From: an uncultured Rhodospirillaceae bacterium
GTDB taxonomy: Bacteria; Pseudomonadota; Alphaproteobacteria; Dongiales; Dongiaceae
Length of the DNA: 64,000 bases
NCBI GenBank assembly: GCA_964542425.1
Contig: CAZIUB010000044.1
Span: 8,443 to 72,442, forward strand
Reading direction: 5' to 3'
Shown here one piece after another: positions 1 to 8,331 of the stretch. The notes beneath the pieces were generated by a model that had not been told where the DNA came from, did no database searches, and saw nothing but the letters and a program-made list of their open reading frames with translations. Position 1 is the first letter of the stretch. Every line of letters starts with the position of its first letter. Both the position numbers and the translations under genes were made by a program.

Positions 1-115
1 CGGCGGCGAGCATCGCGGTGGCGGTTCCCAGGCCGGTCACGCCCAGGAAATGCCGCCTTGAAATCGAGCCCCGCTGGTAGCGGCGCAGTTGCTTGATGAA
101 TTCCTTGCGGTCCAT
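1..115 (-). CDS. 5' end of a Tat-exported ABC transporter substrate-binding protein (polyamine/amine type), truncated by the window edge
   Basis: Translates MDRKEFIKQLRRYQRGSISRRHFLGVTGLGTATAMLAA with twin-arginine SRRHFL motif; GGGAG SD upstream; follows a PotA-like ATPase. Confidence 0.7.
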   Translation of the reverse strand, partial: MDRKEFIKQLRRYQRGSISRRHFLGVTGLGTATAMLAA

Positions 116-204
116 GGCTTGTCTCCCATTTGCACGCGACGGGTTCATGGGTTGCGTTCGAACCGGGATCGCCCGTCGCGACCGCCCCGATTGCATTTGC
201 TCCG

Positions 205-328
205 CTAGTGTTCCGTAAGCGGCATTCTGCTTCCGGAATATTGCCCCGGAACACTAGAAAACTCAATGGTATGTGTCGTGTTTCCAACGGTATTGATTGG
301 GAATCAAGTGTTGGACCCACAACACCAG
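205..328 (+). repeat. MITE-like repeat family B, copy B1
   Basis: CTAGTGTTCCG...CGGAACACTAG hairpin plus a second TTCCAAC...GTTGGA hairpin, ends CCAG; similar to 48871-48994 and 49720-49846. Confidence 0.9.
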
Positions 329-350
329 CGCCTCCTGGCGCCGGCAATCG

Positions 351-1523
351 TCACACCTCGCGAAGTGCCAAGGCCTGTTCCGAACGCCAGCCGATTTCGA
401 CCGCGTCGCCGGGAACGAGTTCGGTGGCCAGCGCCGAGGATTTCGGCATGCGTGCCAGCACATCGCCAAAATCCTCGGCCGCCAGGCTGAACTCGCTGTG
501 ATCGCCAAGATAGATGCGGTTCCTGACAATCGCCTTCCGGCGGACCGAGAGATCTCCGGGTGCCCTGCCCTCGCGCCACAAACCGACCACTTCGGGGCGG
601 ACCACGATGACACCGGTTTCGCCCGCCGCCAGTGCCGGCGCCTTGGAATTGACCGGCGCCGAAAGCCGCGTCCCGCCGGCGATCTCGATCTCGGCCCCGC
701 CCGCCGCGATATTGATCACCCGGCCGGTGAAGAAATTGGATTCGCCGACGAAATCGGCGACGTAACGGCTGGCCGGTGCGTCATAGAGTTCCTGGGGCGT
801 GCCCGATTGCACGATCCGCCCCTCGCGCATGACGGCGATGGTGTCGGACATCGACAGCGCCTCCTCCTGATCGTGGGTGACCAGGATAAAGGTGATTCCG
901 ACATCGCGCTGCAGGTTCTGCAATTCGATCTGCATGTCGCGCCGCAGCTTGCGGTCGAGCGCCGCCAGCGGCTCGTCCAGCAACAAGACCGTCGGCCGGT
1001 TGATGAGCGCGCGGGCGAGCGCCACGCGCTGCTGCTGGCCCCCGGATAGTTCCCAGGACCTTCGTGCGTCCATCCCGGGCAGGCGCACCAGTTCCAGCGC
1101 CTCGGCGATGCGGCGCTCGATCTCGCCCCGTTCCATCCTTGGCCGGCGCTGGCGCAGGCCATATCCGACATTCTGCGCCACGTTCATGTGCGGAAACAAC
1201 GCGTAATGCTGGAACACCATGTTGGCGGGGCGCTGGTAGGCGGGGATGCCGACCATTGATTGTCCGGCGATCTCGACCTCGCCCTCGTCCGGCTGTTCGA
1301 AGCCCGCGATCAAGCGCAGGGTTGTGGTCTTGCCGCAGCCGGATGGCCCCAGGAATGAATGGAACGCGCCCTTCCCGATCTCGAAGGAGACGCCATCGAC
1401 CGCAAGCACCTCGCCGAAGCGCTTGCCGACCGAGCGAAAACGGATATCCGGGTCGAGCGCGACAATTGCTGGATTGGACTCGGATTGCGACAACTTGTTG
1501 AAGCTCCCTGAAGGCCGCATCAC
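351..1523 (-). CDS. PotA-like polyamine/amine ABC transporter ATP-binding protein
   Basis: Walker A GPSGCGKT, LSGGQQQR signature, LLLDEP Walker B, TOBE-like C-terminus. Confidence 0.92.
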   Translation of the reverse strand: MMRPSGSFNKLSQSESNPAIVALDPDIRFRSVGKRFGEVLAVDGVSFEIGKGAFHSFLGPSGCGKTTTLRLIAGFEQPDEGEVEIAGQSMVGIPAYQRPANMVFQHYALFPHMNVAQNVGYGLRQRRPRMERGEIERRIAEALELVRLPGMDARRSWELSGGQQQRVALARALINRPTVLLLDEPLAALDRKLRRDMQIELQNLQRDVGITFILVTHDQEEALSMSDTIAVMREGRIVQSGTPQELYDAPASRYVADFVGESNFFTGRVINIAAGGAEIEIAGGTRLSAPVNSKAPALAAGETGVIVVRPEVVGLWREGRAPGDLSVRRKAIVRNRIYLGDHSEFSLAAEDFGDVLARMPKSSALATELVPGDAVEIGWRSEQALALREV

Positions 1524-1637
1524 GCGGCCAATGCTCCATCATCTTAGCCCGGCGCCATGATCTGCGGCATTGGTTGATCCATGTATATACCGCCAAAGTG
1601 ATAGAATCAGCAAAAAATGGCGGAAAGTGGGGTAGGA

Positions 1638-2432
1638 ATGGCATCTCCGGAAGCCGAATGGCATCAGGCCCTGGGCCAGGCCGTGAATGCCCTGGAAATG
1701 CCCGAGTTTCCAGCAATCCTGGTGGCCGCCTTGCACCATGTCGCGCTGTTCGATTATTGCGTGATTTTTGGTTACGCGGGTTCGGGCCGGCCCGCCGACC
1801 TTTACGACGATTTCGGACCCCGGCGGCGAGACATCTTCGTCAGCGTGTATCAATCGGGACCCTATTTGCTGGACCCCTTCTATCATGCTTCGCGCCAGCG
1901 CATCCAAGCCGGTCTCTATCGATTGCGCGAGCTGGCGCCCGATCGATTTTATCAAAGCGAGTATTACCGGTCCTATTACATCCGGACCGGGCTTGCCGAG
2001 GAGATAGGTTTTGTGATCCATCCCAATGACGCGGCCACCATCGTCATGTCGCTGATGCGGGCGGGGCATCGAACCCTCTTTGCGACGCGCGAACTCCGCC
2101 ATCTGCGCGCGGTAGCGCCGGTAATCATCGCCTTGGCTGGGCGTCATTGGCGCGATTTTGCCGAACCCGCGTCGCACGGCGCCCGCCACCCCGATCCGGC
2201 GATGCTTCCCAGCTTTGAGCTGCCCGGACAGCCGCGTTTGACCCGGCGCGAGGGCGAAGTGGTGTCGCTGGTGTTGCGTGGCCATTCCTCTGTGGCGATC
2301 GCCCAGGAGCTCGGGATCGCCGCCGGTACCGTCAAGATTCACCGCAAGAACATCTACGCCAAGCTCGGCCTTTCCAGCCAGGCGGAGCTGTTTTCGCTGT
2401 TCCTGTCCTCGGTCGCGCGGCCGGGGGATTAA
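1638..2432 (+). CDS. LuxR-family transcriptional regulator
   Basis: C-terminal LTRREGEV...GTVKIHRKNIYAKLG HTH; divergent from the ABC operon. Confidence 0.9.
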   Translation: MASPEAEWHQALGQAVNALEMPEFPAILVAALHHVALFDYCVIFGYAGSGRPADLYDDFGPRRRDIFVSVYQSGPYLLDPFYHASRQRIQAGLYRLRELAPDRFYQSEYYRSYYIRTGLAEEIGFVIHPNDAATIVMSLMRAGHRTLFATRELRHLRAVAPVIIALAGRHWRDFAEPASHGARHPDPAMLPSFELPGQPRLTRREGEVVSLVLRGHSSVAIAQELGIAAGTVKIHRKNIYAKLGLSSQAELFSLFLSSVARPGD

Positions 2433-2474
2433 GACATCATCGGGCCTTGGGCGGGTGCCGGACCCGCCGGATTT

Positions 2475-3188
2475 CTACCCGGCCATCGCCCGGAAATTGC
2501 GATAAAGAATTCGCGCCGCCCTGACGAAACCATCCATCAACGGTTCCGCCTCCTTGGCCAGGCCCTGCAAGGCGTCGGGCCCGCGGGTCTTGGCCAGCGC
2601 CGTTTCGTAGGCGGGAACACTGCCCCAATTGGGGATCGTATCGGGTTCCAATTCGACGTGATATTGCATGCCGATCGCGCGTGGCCCCATCCGCATCGCC
2701 TGGCATCCGCAGAGCGCCGATTTCGCCAGCACGATTGCTCCTTCCGGCGGTTGGGCGACCCGTACCGAATGCCATTGCAGACAGATTTGGCGCGAGGGCA
2801 TTCCGGCCAGAATCGGATCGGCCTTGCCCGCGGGTGTGAGTTCGATCTCCAGGAATCCGACTTCCGGTGGGCGCTGGGGCCCACAGGTCCCGCCAAGGGC
2901 ATCGGCCAGCAATTGGTGCCCGAGACAGATGCCCATGAACGGGCGTTGCAACTCGCCGACCCAGCGACGGATGGCGCGTTTTTCCGGCACTAGCCAGGGG
3001 TGATCATCCACATCCCAGACATCCATCGGGCCGCCCATCACCCAGAGCGCGTCGTAATCCTCCAAGGGCGGGATCGGCTGACCCTCATCCAGCTCGATTG
3101 CCTGCCAGGCGATTCCGTCTTCGGCGAGGAAACGCCGAAACACGCCTGGATGTTCACAGGCGATGTGCTGAAAGACCAAGAGACGCAC
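2475..3188 (-). CDS. Class I glutamine amidotransferase-like protein
   Basis: MGGPM, GICLGHQ, QYHVE motifs; GTG start with AGAAGG SD chosen. Confidence 0.88.
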   Translation of the reverse strand: MRLLVFQHIACEHPGVFRRFLAEDGIAWQAIELDEGQPIPPLEDYDALWVMGGPMDVWDVDDHPWLVPEKRAIRRWVGELQRPFMGICLGHQLLADALGGTCGPQRPPEVGFLEIELTPAGKADPILAGMPSRQICLQWHSVRVAQPPEGAIVLAKSALCGCQAMRMGPRAIGMQYHVELEPDTIPNWGSVPAYETALAKTRGPDALQGLAKEAEPLMDGFVRAARILYRNFRAMAG

Positions 3189-3251
3189 CCTAAACCTTCT
3201 CCGTCGATGCATGCCGACGGACAACGAATAGCCGTTGCCGGTTTGAAATCG

Positions 3252-3998
3252 TCATTCGCGCTCCGCCCGCTGGATTGAATCGATCGGCATGAGGCCGCTG
3301 ATCTCCAGCACCATTTTCTCCATGAGCGCGCGGGTGAAATCCTCGCGCGTGTTGGCTGGCAGGACGAAGGAACCCGGCCCCCCGATCACTTCCTGCTCGT
3401 ACATTTCCACCAGCCACGGGCGGCCATTGGGGCCCAGCGATCCGTCCTCGATGATCGCCAGCGCGTTGATGACGATCTTCTCGGCGATCGCCTGGTCGCG
3501 CGCGAGCGGTGCGGGATGCAGGCTTTGCGCGTCGGGATTATCGCCAGATACATCAATTATCTTGCGTTGCGGCTGGCACGGGCAATCGGCGATCATCTGG
3601 GCGGCAAGGTCGATGCCGTCGCCGATCGCGTTCCAGGTGTGGCGCGAGCGGGGTGCCGTGAGAAGCGCCTGGGCGAAGACCTCGGCGCCCTGGGGCCCGT
3701 CGACGATCTTCCAATCGACCACGGTCTGTGCCAGGCCCGGCGAGCCCCATTCGACATAGGCGAGTGCTATTCGCCGTTGACGGCCGCCGCGGATGGCGCC
3801 CAGCACGGTCGGATCCTTGATCGCCTGGGCGATGCCTTGCTTCTGCAACTGGAACTCATCCTCCTCGATCGATAGCGAGGCATCGACCAGGAGCACCAGC
3901 GCCACGTCGACCGGGGGGTCCTGGGCACGGGCGGATTCCGAAGCAACCAGCGCGGCAAGGCCCAAGATCAGTGAACCGGCGAGACGCGAAATATCCAC
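3252..3998 (-). CDS. DUF1194 (vWA-like) secreted protein
   Basis: Signal peptide; VDVALVLLVDASLSI, IIDVSGD, VIGGPGSFV motifs. Confidence 0.85.
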   Translation of the reverse strand: MDISRLAGSLILGLAALVASESARAQDPPVDVALVLLVDASLSIEEDEFQLQKQGIAQAIKDPTVLGAIRGGRQRRIALAYVEWGSPGLAQTVVDWKIVDGPQGAEVFAQALLTAPRSRHTWNAIGDGIDLAAQMIADCPCQPQRKIIDVSGDNPDAQSLHPAPLARDQAIAEKIVINALAIIEDGSLGPNGRPWLVEMYEQEVIGGPGSFVLPANTREDFTRALMEKMVLEISGLMPIDSIQRAERE

Positions 3999-4004
3999 TG
4001 GCGC

Positions 4005-4427
4005 CTAGCCCTCGTCCGATATCTGGCCGCGCATTCGTTTGATCTTGGCGCGGTGCTGTTTGCCCTCGGCACGCCTGCGCATGGCGGCGGGACCGGGCCT
4101 GGTCGGGCGACGGGGCGTTGGGCGCTCGGCCGCCCGGCGGATGAGGTTCAGCAATCGCTCCAGCGCGTCTTCGCGGTTCATCTCCTGCGATCGGTGGCGC
4201 CTGGCGGTGATGACGATAACCCCCAGCTTGCTCGCCGCCGACCCGGCCAGCGCCAGCAGCCGATCGCGCAGCTCCTCGGGCAGGGATGGCGAATGACGCG
4301 CGTCGAAGCGGAGTTGTGCGGCACTCGCCACCTTGTTCACGTTCTGCCCGCCCGGACCGCCGGCGCGGATGAATGTGAAGGTGATCTCGCCTTCGTCGAG
4401 CGAAAAATGGCGATTGACCTTGATCAT
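4005..4427 (-). CDS. arfB: Alternative ribosome rescue peptidyl-tRNA hydrolase ArfB
   Basis: GPGGQNVNK motif, RSQxxNR, basic C-terminal tail. Confidence 0.93.
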   Translation of the reverse strand: MIKVNRHFSLDEGEITFTFIRAGGPGGQNVNKVASAAQLRFDARHSPSLPEELRDRLLALAGSAASKLGVIVITARRHRSQEMNREDALERLLNLIRRAAERPTPRRPTRPGPAAMRRRAEGKQHRAKIKRMRGQISDEG

Positions 4428-4515
4428 GGTGGCCAAGCCTAGCGGGAGACGGCTGGATTGTCAGTGCCCTTACGCCGGTTTAGGATCGATTGAAGGGTCT
4501 CAAAGGGAATAATCG

Positions 4516-5175
4516 ATGATCGATTGGCTGGCGCGTTCCGAACAGGTCAAGATTTTCATCGACCAAACGATGTCGATCGAGGGGGAGGTGGCGCGCGCGC
4601 TCCGCGCCGAAACCGCCAAGCTGCCCCAATCCATGATGCAATCGCGTCCGGAACAGGCGGCGTTCCTGCAATTCATGGTTCGGCTCATCGGCGCTGGGCG
4701 CGTGATCGAAATCGGCGTCTTTACCGGGGGCGGCACACTCGCCATGGCGCTGGCCTTGCCCGAGGACGGGCGGATCATCGCCTGCGACGTTAGCGCCGAA
4801 TGGACCGCGATCGGAAGGCGGCATTGGGCGGCGGCGGGGGTCTTGGGGAAAATCGACCTTCGCCTGGCGCCGGCCGGGGAAACGCTTGCCAAACTCCTGA
4901 AAGAGGGCGGCGCGGGCAAGTTCGACATGGCCTTCATCGACGCCGACAAGACCGGCTATGACCAATATTACGAGGCCTGTCTCAAGCTGGTGCGCAAGCA
5001 CGGGCTGATCGTGCTCGACAACATGCTATGGTCGGGCAATGTCGCCGATCCCGACCACCACGATGCCGACACCGATGCCTTGCGCGCCCTCAACCTCAAG
5101 ATCCGTGGCGATTCCAGGATCGATTGGGCGCTGCTTTCCGCCGATGACGGAATCATGCTGGCGCGCGTGCGGTGA
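4516..5175 (+). CDS. SAM-dependent O-methyltransferase (caffeoyl-CoA/COMT-like)
   Basis: IEIGVFTG, FIDADK, LDNMLWSG. Confidence 0.9.
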   Translation: MIDWLARSEQVKIFIDQTMSIEGEVARALRAETAKLPQSMMQSRPEQAAFLQFMVRLIGAGRVIEIGVFTGGGTLAMALALPEDGRIIACDVSAEWTAIGRRHWAAAGVLGKIDLRLAPAGETLAKLLKEGGAGKFDMAFIDADKTGYDQYYEACLKLVRKHGLIVLDNMLWSGNVADPDHHDADTDALRALNLKIRGDSRIDWALLSADDGIMLARVR

Positions 5176-5254
5176 GGGAACGGGCGAACGCGCCGATTCC
5201 GGGCGGGGCATGCTGACTTTGGCAATCGGTGCTGCTATAAAAGCCGCCCAGGCT

Positions 5255-5331
5255 GACCCCGTAGCTCAGCAGGATAGAGCGTCGGTTTCCTAAACCGCAG
5301 GTCGGAGGTTCGAATCCTCTCGGGGTCGCCA
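5255..5331 (+). tRNA. tRNA-Arg (anticodon CCT)
   Basis: GACCCCG/CGGGGTC acceptor stem, TAGCTCAG..GGATAGAGC D arm, TT-CCT-AA loop, GGTTCGAATCC T arm, encoded CCA. Confidence 0.96.
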
Positions 5332-5380
5332 ATTGCCAATGTGTCCGGTCCGACCCAATGCCCCATCGCGCGCCGCTGGC

Positions 5381-5447
5381 CTATTGCCAACTTTCGTTGA
5401 GCCATGGGCGAAGGTCATGTATCACCTCCTTGGAAAGCTGACACTGG
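5381..5447 (-). repeat. Single-hairpin half copy of repeat family A
   Basis: Minus strand CCAGTGTCAGCTTTCC..GTGATACATG..CGAAAGTTGGCAATAG aligns to the first hairpin of family A. Confidence 0.75.
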
Positions 5448-5460
5448 GAGAACATGAGCG

Positions 5461-6981
5461 ATGATCCGCACCGGCCAACAATACATCGAATCGATCCGCG
5501 ACGGTCGCCTGGTCTATGTCAACGGCGAGCGGGTGAAGGATGTCCCGACCCACCCGATGTTCAGGCCGTTGGTCGAGATCCGCGCCCGCGTTTACGACAT
5601 GCAGCACGAGGTGGCGACAAGCGAGATCATGACCTATGCCGAGGGCGCCGAGCGCTTCGCCATCGCGCTCAAACTGCCGCACACCGAGCGCGATTGGTGG
5701 GACAAGAGGCGCGCGACCGATGCCGTATTCGAGGACATCAAGGGCGTGGTCACGCGCGTGGGCGACGAGACCGTGGGCGAGATGTGGTCGCTGTTCGACG
5801 GCCAGGACATCCTGAATGAGGTCGATCCGCAATTCTCCGAGAACATCAAGCGCCATATCGACCGGGTCATCAGCCGCGACCCGTTTCACGTGTCGGCCAA
5901 CACCGATCCCAAGGGCGATCGCTCCAAGCGCCCGCAGGATCAGGACCCGGACATGCTGCTGCACGTGGTCAAGGAGACCGACAAGGGGATCATCGTGCGT
6001 GGCGCCAAATACGAGACGGCGGCCGCTTACGCCAACCAGGCCTTCACCAAGCCGACGATCGCCAATTGGGGCGATTCGCAATTGTCCGATTACGCGGTCG
6101 GATTCATCTGTGATCTGGGCTCGCCCAATGTGCACATGATCTGCCGAACCGGGTTTGCCGGGCGGGCACCGATCGAGGATTATCCGCTTTCCAACCGCTT
6201 CGACGAGGTGGATTCGCTGGTCGTGTTCGACAACGTGCTGATCCCGTGGGAGAACGTGCTGTTCTACCGACATACCAGGGCCGCGAGCTTCATCCGCGCC
6301 ACTCTCCACCGCTACAGCGCCTTTGCCTTCGTGCAAAGGAGCCTGAAAGTGGCCGACATGATGATCGGGGCGGCGTTGTTCAACGTGCGCCAGACCGGGC
6401 TCGACAAGCAACAAGCGGTGCAGGAGAAGCTGGCCGAACTCGCGGTCTATCGCGAGGGGATCAACGCGCATCTGACGGCCGCCATCACCTTGGCCGAGCA
6501 AAGCCCGCGCGGGCTTCTCATGCCCAACCAGTCGCTGCTCTATACCGGGCGCGTGCACGCTTGCACCGGGCTCCCCAAGGCCATGCATCTCGCCCGCGAA
6601 TTGTGCGGCGGGCAGATCTGCGTCACGCCCGATTTCGCCGCCTTCAAGGACGAAGAGGCGGGGTCGTGGCTGGAAAAATTCTACACCGTCAATTCGGATT
6701 GGGTCGCCGACGATCGGCGCCGGCTGCTGGCCTTCGCGCGCGATCTCTTGAATTCAGATTACGCCGGCCACCGCCTGACCTTCCAATTATTCGCCCAATC
6801 GCCACCCTTCGCGCATCTGGGCGCGGTCTATCGCAGTTTCGATTGGGAGGGCGCCTTGGATTTCGCGGGCAAATCGGCGGGCCTCTCGGATAAGTTGAGG
6901 GTCCAGACCAAGCGCGCGGCCGGCGATGGGGCGGTGGCCAAATACTATGCCGAGCGCCCCGCGCGTAGCGCCGCGGAATGA
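5461..6981 (+). CDS. HpaB-family (4-hydroxyphenylacetate 3-hydroxylase-like) flavin monooxygenase, oxygenase component
   Basis: RTGQQYIESIRDGRLVYVNGERV start, TDPKGDRS, VRGAK, RFDEVD..VFDNVLIPWE. Confidence 0.88.
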   Translation: MIRTGQQYIESIRDGRLVYVNGERVKDVPTHPMFRPLVEIRARVYDMQHEVATSEIMTYAEGAERFAIALKLPHTERDWWDKRRATDAVFEDIKGVVTRVGDETVGEMWSLFDGQDILNEVDPQFSENIKRHIDRVISRDPFHVSANTDPKGDRSKRPQDQDPDMLLHVVKETDKGIIVRGAKYETAAAYANQAFTKPTIANWGDSQLSDYAVGFICDLGSPNVHMICRTGFAGRAPIEDYPLSNRFDEVDSLVVFDNVLIPWENVLFYRHTRAASFIRATLHRYSAFAFVQRSLKVADMMIGAALFNVRQTGLDKQQAVQEKLAELAVYREGINAHLTAAITLAEQSPRGLLMPNQSLLYTGRVHACTGLPKAMHLARELCGGQICVTPDFAAFKDEEAGSWLEKFYTVNSDWVADDRRRLLAFARDLLNSDYAGHRLTFQLFAQSPPFAHLGAVYRSFDWEGALDFAGKSAGLSDKLRVQTKRAAGDGAVAKYYAERPARSAAE

Positions 6982-7041
6982 GGCAACGCGCAGTGCCGCG
7001 GAATGAGGCAGCAGGATCATCGAGACCAAGGAGACGATCGA

Positions 7042-7494
7042 GTGGCGCATAAAAGGATTCGAAAGTTCAATACCAGGGACACCTATCCCGAACAGAAACT
7101 CGACAACGATCTCTGCCAGGCGGTCGTCGCCGGCGACACCATCTATTTGAGGGGCCAGGTGGGCCAGGATTTGGACACCCGGAAATCCCTACATGTCGGC
7201 GACGCCGGCAAGCAGGCAGACCAAGCGATGGCCAACATCGAGATGCTGCTGAAGGAATGCGGCAGCGAACTCGGCCACATCGTCAAGATCGTGGTCTATC
7301 TGACCGACATCCGCCATCGCGAGGCGGTCTATCGCGCCATCGGCGAATGGCTGAAGGGTGTGTTCCCGTGCTCGACCGGCCTCGTCGTCCAGGCGCTCGC
7401 CCGGCCGGAATGGGTGGTCGAGATCGACGCCACCGCCGTCATTCCCAAGGGATACAAGCGCGCGCGAAAGAAATCGAGAAGGGCGCGGCCATGA
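7042..7494 (+). CDS. RidA/Rid-family protein (HinL-like)
   Basis: RIRKFNTRDTYPEQKLDNDLCQAV, STGLVVQALARPEWVVEIDATA; GTG start after AAGGAG. Confidence 0.85.
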   Translation: MAHKRIRKFNTRDTYPEQKLDNDLCQAVVAGDTIYLRGQVGQDLDTRKSLHVGDAGKQADQAMANIEMLLKECGSELGHIVKIVVYLTDIRHREAVYRAIGEWLKGVFPCSTGLVVQALARPEWVVEIDATAVIPKGYKRARKKSRRARP

Positions 7495-8165
7495 CCTTTT
7501 CGATCGCCGCGCGCTGTCCCACGACCGGCATGCTCGGGATCGCGATTTCCTCGTCTTCGCCGGCGGTGGCGGCGCGCTGCGCCCATGTGCGGGCCAAGGT
7601 GGGCGCGGTCTGCTCGCAGAACATCACCGATCCCAGCCTGGGGCCGCGCGCACTCTCGCTGATGGGTGAGGGTGCCGGGGCGCAAGCAGCGTTGGAAACC
7701 CTCCGGCGCTTGCAACCCAATCTCGAATACCGGCAATTGGTCCTGGTCGATGCCGAGGGCAAGACCGCATCGCATTCGGGCGCGCGCACGCTCGGCATTC
7801 ATGGTTCGGCGCAAGGAGATAATGTGGCCGCCGCCGGCAATCTACTCAAGGACAAGGCGGTGCCTTCCCGCATGGTGGAAGCTTTCACGCGCGCGACGGG
7901 GCATCTCGCGGATAGGCTCCTGGTCGCGATGCTGGCCGCCTTGGAGGCCGGCGGCGAGGAGGGGCCGGTGCATTCCGCCGGACTGCTGATTGCCGGCGAG
8001 GTTTCCTGGCCCATCGCCGATCTGCGTATCGATTGGACCGATTCCGATCCGATCGCGGAACTGGAAAAACTGTGGGCAATCTACGAGCCCCAGCTCGAAG
8101 CTTACGTGACCCGTGCCCTCGATCCCTCCCAGGCGCCCAATTTCGGCGTGCCTGGGGATCGCTGA
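7491..8165 (+). CDS. DUF1028 Ntn-hydrolase-like protein (HinH-like)
   Basis: MTFSIAARC start, AAGNLL, GGEEGPVHSAG, ADLRID; ATGA overlap with the RidA gene. Confidence 0.85.
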   Translation: MTFSIAARCPTTGMLGIAISSSSPAVAARCAHVRAKVGAVCSQNITDPSLGPRALSLMGEGAGAQAALETLRRLQPNLEYRQLVLVDAEGKTASHSGARTLGIHGSAQGDNVAAAGNLLKDKAVPSRMVEAFTRATGHLADRLLVAMLAALEAGGEEGPVHSAGLLIAGEVSWPIADLRIDWTDSDPIAELEKLWAIYEPQLEAYVTRALDPSQAPNFGVPGDR

Positions 8166-8167
8166 GG

Positions 8168-8318
8168 CCAGTGCCAACTTTCGAAACGGCGTGATCCATG
8201 AAACGCTCCGGTGCTTCCACGAAAGTCGGGCCACATGTTGCCCAATGATGAGTCTCCCGCCGGCGGTTGCGGGCAGCGTCATTTGGCTCGATCAGCCAGC
8301 CACGACGGCGGGTACTAG
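8168..8318 (+). repeat. MITE-like repeat family A, copy A1
   Basis: CCAGTGCCAACTTTCG...CGAAAGTCGGGC...CCCGCC...GGCGGGTACTAG, 151 bp. Confidence 0.93.
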
Positions 8319-8331
8319 GCGTCCCGAAAAA

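Noticed and set aside
8113..8331. 73-aa N-terminal extension of the dehydrogenase through repeat A1
   Set aside because: Overlaps DUF1028 and family homology starts at MTRDPRYD (8332); the open frame reflects the element rather than a real extension.
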